DNA of 64,000 bases. It comes from a virus. Location: IMG/VR virus record IMGVR_UViG_3300005573_000004, positions 32,001-96,000 of that record, one strand, 5' to 3'. Positions 57,421-64,000 of this stretch are shown piece by piece. A program made the position numbers and the translations under genes. The notes beneath the pieces were generated by a model. The model had not been told where the DNA came from. It did not search any database and saw only the letters and a list, made by a program, of their open reading frames with translations. How positions within the stretch are numbered: position 1 is the first letter of the stretch; every line of letters begins with the position of its first letter.

Positions 57421-59202
57421 ATGCTCCAAGAACTAGACCCAATATATTTTATAGAGAAGAATTTTGAATTAAATGGCAAGCATTTTACTTTAATAGATGA
57501 TAAACTAGAAAATGCTCGCCATTATATTCGTGGTATTTATTATACCATAGCATTTACTTTGCCTAAAATAAAGAAGCCTATGGTTATTGTAAAAGGTCGT
57601 CAGGTTGAGATGTCAACCACGATGAGTAATATTATAGCGTATTTTACAGAGACATATCCATATTTTAAAACGTTATATGTTACTCCTGCTCTTGAACAGA
57701 TGAAGAAATTTTCTGGAGAAAAAATTTCTCCGTTACTAAGATATAAACGTAATCCAGATATTTTAAATCCTTTAGCCAAACAGGAGGATATTGAAGGAAC
57801 GTTTACAGTTAAAATGAAACAGTTTTCGAATGGATCTACTATCTATTTAGAATCAGCATCAGATGAAGGAAATAGGATACGTAGTATTTCCGCAGATATG
57901 TTAATAAAAGATGAGTATCAGGATTTTGATGAAAATGCAGAAAGCAATATAGACGAAGTTTTAAGCCATTCTGCTTGGGGTTTAGATATAGCTTTAGGTA
58001 CTCCGAAATATACAGAGACTAATTTTGAAAGAAAATGGAAGAGTTCAACTCAGCATTATTATCATTTACAATGTCCATCGTGTAAACATTGGTTTGTATT
58101 GAAATTTGATTTATTAACTACAGGATTTAAAGTTCAATGTCCGAATTGCCATCACGAAGAAGACAAAAGAGCACTAATTCCGCACGGGAAGTGGATACCA
58201 TTAGGTAATCCAAATGCCTTATATATAGGTTATCATTTATCACAGCTTTATGTTCCTTGGAAGTCTAAAGAAAAACTGGACCAAAACATAAAGGAAAAGC
58301 AGGAAGCTGGAATTAACGTTGAGAAATATTTAAAAAACGAAATTTTAGGAGAATTTTACGCTGGTATTTCTCAAAAACCTCCGACAGAAGCTATTGAACG
58401 TGCTTTTAAGCGAGATTTGCCTTATAATATTATTATTCCTATTTCTCGTCCAGTTTATGCTGGAGTTGACTGGGGTGGATGGAGTGCTTTGGAAGATGAC
58501 CCGACACAATGTTATACTATTTATGCTGATGGTACATTAACAGAAAACGGAGTTTTATTTGTTAATTATATGGAAGTTATAGATATGCAAGATGATATAG
58601 AAAAAGCTGATAGAGTTGCACAATTAATGGAGCAGCGTCGTGTTAAATTATGTGTAGCTGATAGTGGATATGGCAAAAATCAATGTTTGCGTTTATATTC
58701 AAAGTTTCCTACTAGATTTTTGCGTTGCAAATATCTTCCAGGATCATCGCTTACTTTAATTGATACTAAATCAGAAATAAAATCTGGTCTTATAAAAGCT
58801 AATATAGATTATTCATTAGAAGAGCTTTATTCTGCGATGCAGCAGGATAAAATACATATTGCTCGAAATCAATATACAGAAAGATTTATAGAACATTTTA
58901 AGAACTATGAAATAACTTTACAAGAAACGCATAATCATGTCCATAAACATTTTCAGAAAGTAAGAGGAAAGAAAAATAAAGTAGATGCAGTTCACGCAAT
59001 CAATTTTTTACGTTTAGCTGCGTTACACGATTCTAATGCTTTAGAGCATTCAGATCTACCTGTAGTAGGTGGAGAAAGTATGCGTCCTAGAGCATATCCT
59101 TTATTAACTGGGCATTCATTGGAAGAATTAAAATATAGAGCACAAATGGGTAATCCATTAGGAGTTCTTAGTAGATCCATTAGACGCACAATGGGTGAAT
59201 AA
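57421..59202 (+). CDS. Terminase large subunit (GpA-like)
   Basis: IVKGRQVEMST ATPase motif, IKDEYQD Walker B, GTP, CPSC/CPNC Zn insert, GYHLSQLY, nuclease AGVDWG and DAVHA; immediately upstream of the portal. Confidence 0.88.
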   Translation: MLQELDPIYFIEKNFELNGKHFTLIDDKLENARHYIRGIYYTIAFTLPKIKKPMVIVKGRQVEMSTTMSNIIAYFTETYPYFKTLYVTPALEQMKKFSGEKISPLLRYKRNPDILNPLAKQEDIEGTFTVKMKQFSNGSTIYLESASDEGNRIRSISADMLIKDEYQDFDENAESNIDEVLSHSAWGLDIALGTPKYTETNFERKWKSSTQHYYHLQCPSCKHWFVLKFDLLTTGFKVQCPNCHHEEDKRALIPHGKWIPLGNPNALYIGYHLSQLYVPWKSKEKLDQNIKEKQEAGINVEKYLKNEILGEFYAGISQKPPTEAIERAFKRDLPYNIIIPISRPVYAGVDWGGWSALEDDPTQCYTIYADGTLTENGVLFVNYMEVIDMQDDIEKADRVAQLMEQRRVKLCVADSGYGKNQCLRLYSKFPTRFLRCKYLPGSSLTLIDTKSEIKSGLIKANIDYSLEELYSAMQQDKIHIARNQYTERFIEHFKNYEITLQETHNHVHKHFQKVRGKKNKVDAVHAINFLRLAALHDSNALEHSDLPVVGGESMRPRAYPLLTGHSLEELKYRAQMGNPLGVLSRSIRRTMGE

Positions 59203-59222
59203 TCAACCGGAGGTTCTAATAT

Positions 59223-61985
59223 ATGTATATAAATAGTTCTACTCCTCAAGGACAGTCAAATTTTTACAAAAAGATAGCTTCACAGAAACTTGCAAGAGGC
59301 AATCAAGGATTTACACGTAAAGCTTCAGTATTTGGATATGGTACAGGATCGGATTCTGTTGGTATGCCTCCAGTAGCACTTAGTGGTGGACAGGTTAGCC
59401 GTATGGCTATGAAGCCGTTCAGTCCATTATACCAAGAATCCAATTTAATGTTGCCAAAAGATAGAAAGACAATGAACGCCTACAACAGGCATTATTATGA
59501 AACAGATTATTGGGTTGGGAATATTATTGATTTACATACTTATTATCCACTTGGTGGATTTGATATTATTTCAAAAAATAAAGATCTAGAACGTCTAATG
59601 ATTCGTGCAGCTGATCGTGTAGATTTATTAAACATAGTATTAGGGGTTGGGTTAGAATATTGGGTTTATGGGGAAGCATTTCCGTTCTTAGAATGGGATA
59701 AAAATACTATGATGTGGAGCAGAGCAACTATATTTAATCCTGATTTAATGGAAGTTCGAAGAACCATATTTATGGATAAACCAATTATTACTTTAATTCC
59801 TGATGCTGAATTAAAGAGAATTGTTACTTCTACACACCCAGCGGATGCAGTATTGCGTGAACAAATTCCGAGAGGAGTTTTGGAATATGTTTTAAAAGGT
59901 GAGAATATTCCATTATCATCAAGAAATATATCTCATATTCTTAAAAAGACCGTTCCACACGATTTACGTGGAACTTCTATTATTCAAAGAGTTTGGAAAG
60001 AACTTATGTTACGTGATGCATTCAGAGAAGTATTATTTGTTATTGCTCAAAACCATATTACTCCATTAAAGATATTCAAGATTGGTGGAGTTAATAAAGA
60101 ATATTATCCAAGTTCTGATGAATTAGCAATATGGCAAGGAATTATTGAAGAAGCACAGAACGATCCGAATTTTAGTATTATAACACACGAAGGATTAGAA
60201 GTAGATTATAAGGGTGCAACTGGACAGATTCTAGATGTTCATTCATATTTAGAGCAAATACAAAATAACGTATTGACAGGTTTATTTGCTTCTAAAGCTA
60301 TGACATCTGGTGATGGTCCGTGTTATGATTGTCAAACGGAAGTATTAACTGAAAATGGATGGAAGAAATATGAGGAAGTTTTAGAAAATGAAAGGATAGC
60401 AGTTTTTGATCCTGAAACTCATAAAATAGACTATGAACTTCCAGAAGAGCGGCATTATTGGTTAAATGATGGTAAAAAAGATATGATCCATTTTGAAACT
60501 CAGCATATAGATGTTTGTGTAACTGCAGACCATAATATGCACGTTTTGCGTGACGGTAAATGGATAAAGATTCCTGCACAAGAGGTACGTTTAGGAGATA
60601 AATTTTGTGGACATTTAGAATGGGAAAGTCCAATTGAACCAAAACCTATAGTAATTGGTGATAAGATTATAGATCCAAAAATTTGGATGAAATTTTTGGG
60701 CTATTTTATTTCAGAAGGTTATATTAGTTATAATAAATCAGAACACGAGAACGGACCCAATAGTTTTACTTATCAAATACGTATACCACAGAGTAAATTA
60801 AGAAATCCAGAAACATTTGCAGATATAGAGGAAACGCTAAAGGCTATGGAATTTACTTATTCTATCATAGAGAAATCTCCAAAAGGATCGGAAAGCTATG
60901 ATTTTATTATTTATTCAAAAGAGTTAGTAGAATATTTAGAAGAATTATTTGATGTAGTTCAAATAAATTCGTATACTAAATATATTCCACAAGACTATTT
61001 AATGTGGCCGAAAGAATATTTAAGTTTACTTTTACAAACATTGATGTCTGGAGATAGACATATTCGTTATTCACATAAGAAGAGAGGGCATTATTATGCG
61101 TACTCTACTTGTTCTGAGAAATTGGCTGATTCTATACAAGAACTTATTTTAAAGGTAGGATATTTGCCAACTAAGAGATGGGATCCTTATAGTGGAACTT
61201 CTGGGTTATGGCGTGTATATTACTCAACGAATTCCCCAGATATTGTTACGCCAGGATTAGCTAGTGCAGAACATATAAGTAAACTAGATGGCTATAAAGA
61301 TTATGTATGGTGTTTTAAAATGCCATCAGGTGCTTTTATAACGAGACGTAATGGTAAAATTGGTACACATTTCAATACATATGCAAACGCACAAGTAGCT
61401 TATGAAATTCTTCAGAAGCGTTATGTTTATTTTAGAAATGTTATTGAGAGATGGCTTAAGAATAAATTTTTCCTTCCTATTTCTATTATGCATGGTTTCA
61501 AAAATAAAGAAGGTGGATATGATGTACCACAGATTAAATGGTCTCGTATGGATTTTAATAAAGATGATGCTTGGAGAAATAAAGTTATTGAACTCAATCA
61601 GTCAGAGAAAAAACTTATTTCTGATAGAACTGTTGTTACGGAACTCGGTTTTGATTATGATGAGCAACAGGAACTTATTCAGACAGAACGTATTGCTCAA
61701 CAAGCACAAAAAGAAAAAGCCAAAGCAATGGCTAAAGGAGAAGAAGGTGGAGCTGGTGGTTTAGGAGGTTTAGGTGGAGGTTTAGGTGGAGGTTTGGGAG
61801 GCGGACTTGGAGGTTTAGGTGGAGGTGGAGGTTTGGGTGATTTAGGTGGGGGAGGAGGTTTAGAAGGTCTAGGTGGAGGAGGAGAAGGCGGACCAGAACT
61901 TGGAGGTCTTGGTGGTGGCTTAGAAGGTTTAGGTGGTGGCGGTGAAGGTCCAGAATCAACAGCATTTGGTACACCTGGAGAATAG
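59223..61985 (+). CDS. Portal protein with intein and Gly-rich C-terminal tail
   Basis: Follows terminase; V...ID.H...P, EY..YGEAF and RGTSII pattern of large-phage portals; GP|...|TYANAQVA exteins. Confidence 0.8.
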   Translation: MYINSSTPQGQSNFYKKIASQKLARGNQGFTRKASVFGYGTGSDSVGMPPVALSGGQVSRMAMKPFSPLYQESNLMLPKDRKTMNAYNRHYYETDYWVGNIIDLHTYYPLGGFDIISKNKDLERLMIRAADRVDLLNIVLGVGLEYWVYGEAFPFLEWDKNTMMWSRATIFNPDLMEVRRTIFMDKPIITLIPDAELKRIVTSTHPADAVLREQIPRGVLEYVLKGENIPLSSRNISHILKKTVPHDLRGTSIIQRVWKELMLRDAFREVLFVIAQNHITPLKIFKIGGVNKEYYPSSDELAIWQGIIEEAQNDPNFSIITHEGLEVDYKGATGQILDVHSYLEQIQNNVLTGLFASKAMTSGDGPCYDCQTEVLTENGWKKYEEVLENERIAVFDPETHKIDYELPEERHYWLNDGKKDMIHFETQHIDVCVTADHNMHVLRDGKWIKIPAQEVRLGDKFCGHLEWESPIEPKPIVIGDKIIDPKIWMKFLGYFISEGYISYNKSEHENGPNSFTYQIRIPQSKLRNPETFADIEETLKAMEFTYSIIEKSPKGSESYDFIIYSKELVEYLEELFDVVQINSYTKYIPQDYLMWPKEYLSLLLQTLMSGDRHIRYSHKKRGHYYAYSTCSEKLADSIQELILKVGYLPTKRWDPYSGTSGLWRVYYSTNSPDIVTPGLASAEHISKLDGYKDYVWCFKMPSGAFITRRNGKIGTHFNTYANAQVAYEILQKRYVYFRNVIERWLKNKFFLPISIMHGFKNKEGGYDVPQIKWSRMDFNKDDAWRNKVIELNQSEKKLISDRTVVTELGFDYDEQQELIQTERIAQQAQKEKAKAMAKGEEGGAGGLGGLGGGLGGGLGGGLGGLGGGGGLGDLGGGGGLEGLGGGGEGGPELGGLGGGLEGLGGGGEGPESTAFGTPGE
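60321..61376 (+). mobile_element. Intein (352 aa) with LAGLIDADG homing endonuclease in the portal
   Basis: Starts CYDCQTEVLTENGWK, block B VTADH, LGYFISEG and second motif LMSGDR, ends RRNGKIGTHFN|T. Confidence 0.92.
61745..61946 (+). repeat. Gly-rich low-complexity repeat (GGLG)n
   Basis: GGTTTAGGTGGA-type repeats at the 3' end of the portal gene. Confidence 0.85.
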
Positions 61986-61987
61986 TC

Positions 61988-63154
61988 ATGAATTTCTTTA
62001 ATAACTCATTGCGAGGTGTAGATATGAAAATATCCAAGGCAGCTGAAATTGCCATAGATTTAGATGGAACTTTAATAGAAGATAGATTTCCGTTTCTTGG
62101 CAAACCTATTGAAGCAAATGTAGAATTGGTGCGTAAATTACACGATGCTGGTTATCGTATTGTAATTTTTACTGCAAGGCTTACTACTAGACCAGGTGAT
62201 AAAGCAAAAATTGAAAAATTTCTACGTGATCGTGATATTCCATTTGATAAAATTACAAATGTAAAACCTAGTACAGCTTCAGTTTTTATAGATGATCGTA
62301 GCATTAATGTTAAATATAATGAAAACTGGCCAAGAAATATTATAGATCGTATTAAAAAGATTATAAAAGACCATAAAGATGCAAAAGCTAAATTAAAAAA
62401 AGCGTCTTTAGAACATCCAGATACAATAGTGTTCAAACCAAATGAATATTATACGCAAGGATTGACAGAACAACAAGTTTTTGATTATTATAATAAGTAT
62501 GCAAATCAAATTGTTGAACAGCTAAAAGATAAACCAGTAATGATTGTGATAAGAACACCTGCTGGAGATATAATTAGAAAGAACGACCCAGCTGATGGAA
62601 CTCTTACTATTTCAAATATTGAAGATTTTAATAATAAATTAAATACAGGTAGAACTATTGAAGTTCATAGAATATTAAAAGACGAAGAAAAATTTGGTCT
62701 TGTAGATGTAGATCCAAGACCGGAAGTACCATTTGAAGATACTAAAAAACTAACCCAAGAATTAGTAGATTTTTTAAAGGAAGCTTTTAATGATATTTTA
62801 GATAACATTCAGGTTTATTTTAGTGGGAATAGAGGATTTCATATATATCTAAATTGGAGAAAAGAGATGAATGTCACTGAAATGCGTCAAGAACTTAGAA
62901 AGGCACTTGAAAATTTTTTAATTCAAAAGAAAGATCCTAAAGTAAAATTAGAATTACCCACTAGAAATGATGAGACCAGGTTAGATATTACAATTTATCA
63001 TCCTGGTGGCTCTATTAGAGTTCCTTATTCTTTACATAAGAAAACAGGTTTAGCTGCTATACCAGTTAATAATATTATGGAATTTGATCCAAAATCGGCT
63101 ATTATTGTAAAATCAAAAGGTAGTTATATTAACCTAAAATTTTTTAAAAAATAA
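61988..63154 (+). CDS. Fusion of a HAD-family phosphatase and a LigD-type primase-polymerase (AEP) domain
   Basis: HAD motifs IDLDGTL, IFTAR, KP and FIDDR; AEP motifs VDVDP, FSGNRGFHIY and RVPYSL. Start is 61988 or 62024. Confidence 0.8.
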   Translation: MNFFNNSLRGVDMKISKAAEIAIDLDGTLIEDRFPFLGKPIEANVELVRKLHDAGYRIVIFTARLTTRPGDKAKIEKFLRDRDIPFDKITNVKPSTASVFIDDRSINVKYNENWPRNIIDRIKKIIKDHKDAKAKLKKASLEHPDTIVFKPNEYYTQGLTEQQVFDYYNKYANQIVEQLKDKPVMIVIRTPAGDIIRKNDPADGTLTISNIEDFNNKLNTGRTIEVHRILKDEEKFGLVDVDPRPEVPFEDTKKLTQELVDFLKEAFNDILDNIQVYFSGNRGFHIYLNWRKEMNVTEMRQELRKALENFLIQKKDPKVKLELPTRNDETRLDITIYHPGGSIRVPYSLHKKTGLAAIPVNNIMEFDPKSAIIVKSKGSYINLKFFKK

Positions 63155-63167
63155 GGAGGAAAGAGAA

Positions 63168-63635
63168 ATGGCAATTGTTAATCACAAGTATCATGTAACG
63201 TTTACGGAAGATACTGATACGTATCCATCAGTAGACAGAGAGATTAATTTTACAGATAGTTCAACTCCGATAGATGATAAGGATAGGATTTTTATTGCTC
63301 CTAGTTCTGCTGCTACATGGACTTTAGACACACCAGTTAAAATTTTTGATGTCAGTGCCCCTATTTCTGGAGTTGCCCCAAATGGACGTAAAGCTCGTTA
63401 TATGCTTATTGAAGTTACTTCTCCGGTATATTTATGGTTTGAAAATGACCCTACTCCGACAAATCCAGTAGATCCAATTACTGCTGTTCCTATACGTATA
63501 GAACGTATGATGATGGTTGAGGGTCCAACAAGTGGAAGTATTCAAAAGATTTGGGCTGTTAATCCAAGTAGAACAACTGATCCGACCCCAGTGACTGTAG
63601 AAATTAAATTATACTATACATTAATTAATTTATAA
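63168..63635 (+). CDS. hypothetical (putative structural) protein
   Basis: AAGGAGG RBS; beta-rich. Confidence 0.6.
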   Translation: MAIVNHKYHVTFTEDTDTYPSVDREINFTDSSTPIDDKDRIFIAPSSAATWTLDTPVKIFDVSAPISGVAPNGRKARYMLIEVTSPVYLWFENDPTPTNPVDPITAVPIRIERMMMVEGPTSGSIQKIWAVNPSRTTDPTPVTVEIKLYYTLINL

Positions 63636-63649
63636 AATAGGAGGATACC

Positions 63650-63892
63650 ATGCAAAATATTAAAAAGACACTTGAATCATTAAAAAAATCTGGTGATAGT
63701 AAAACAGTTAAAACAGGTAAAGTAGGTCCTATGCTTGATCCTATAGACTATCTTTTAGGATTAGGACTTCAGTTTTATAGAGATCCTCTTTTTAGAAAAT
63801 TTGTTTATAAAAAAACTCATAAGGTTCCGGCTGATTTACCGGAAGAACAACAATTAGAATTATTAGCAGAATTCTATAAAGGTTTATCTTAA
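63650..63892 (+). CDS. hypothetical protein
   Basis: GGAGG RBS, 80 aa. Confidence 0.6.
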   Translation: MQNIKKTLESLKKSGDSKTVKTGKVGPMLDPIDYLLGLGLQFYRDPLFRKFVYKKTHKVPADLPEEQQLELLAEFYKGLS

Positions 63893-63919
63893 TTTTTTCT
63901 AACCTGAAAGGAGGAGATT

Positions 63920-64000
63920 ATGGCATTTTATGGACCTGTTATTGGGAGTTCACGATTAAACAAAGCTTTGTATTTATTAGCCCAAGGAAAGTCAAAACGA
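63920..64000 (+). CDS. hypothetical protein, truncated by the window edge
   Basis: AAGGAGGAG RBS, ATG 63920, frame open to the end. Confidence 0.55.
   Translation, partial: MAFYGPVIGSSRLNKALYLLAQGKSKR

Overview
This 64 kb AT-rich window is part of a large tailed dsDNA bacteriophage genome, read in standard code 11. Genes from 1 to 19.8 kb lie on the minus strand: PD-(D/E)XK nuclease, SbcCD/Mre11-Rad50, a primase Zn-finger, patatin, GroEL/GroES, dNTP diphosphohydrolase, tRNA-Arg, class III RNR NrdD/NrdG with an intein, DnaB, a DnaC-like loader, an SNF2 helicase and a solo tnpB. Genes from 20.4 to 64 kb lie on the plus strand: a UDG-PolA fusion, SSB, RuvC, RecA, primase TOPRIM and a sigma-like factor, then a virion/morphogenesis region with a giant protein, a transglycosylase, signal-peptide Thr-rich CBM3/Kelch proteins, a CCA-adding enzyme, terminase, an intein-containing portal and a HAD-LigD-polymerase fusion. 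The strand switch (18.4-20.4 kb) is a quasi-symmetric, iteron-containing, origin-like region. Main observations: (1) the tnpB has an intact RuvC triad, is flanked by a 142-bp duplication, and its predicted omegaRNA guide exactly matches the loop between head-to-head iterons of the phage's own putative origin; (2) NrdD lacks its glycyl-radical domain, which is encoded 34 kb away on the other strand, and the primase is similarly split; (3) the NrdD intein appears to begin with Pro; (4) three secreted Thr-rich proteins share an uncharacterised C-terminal domain; (5) K/R-x-A motifs recur in the virion region and may be head-protease sites that release packaged enzymes. All assignments come from motif recognition by eye; no database searches were run.
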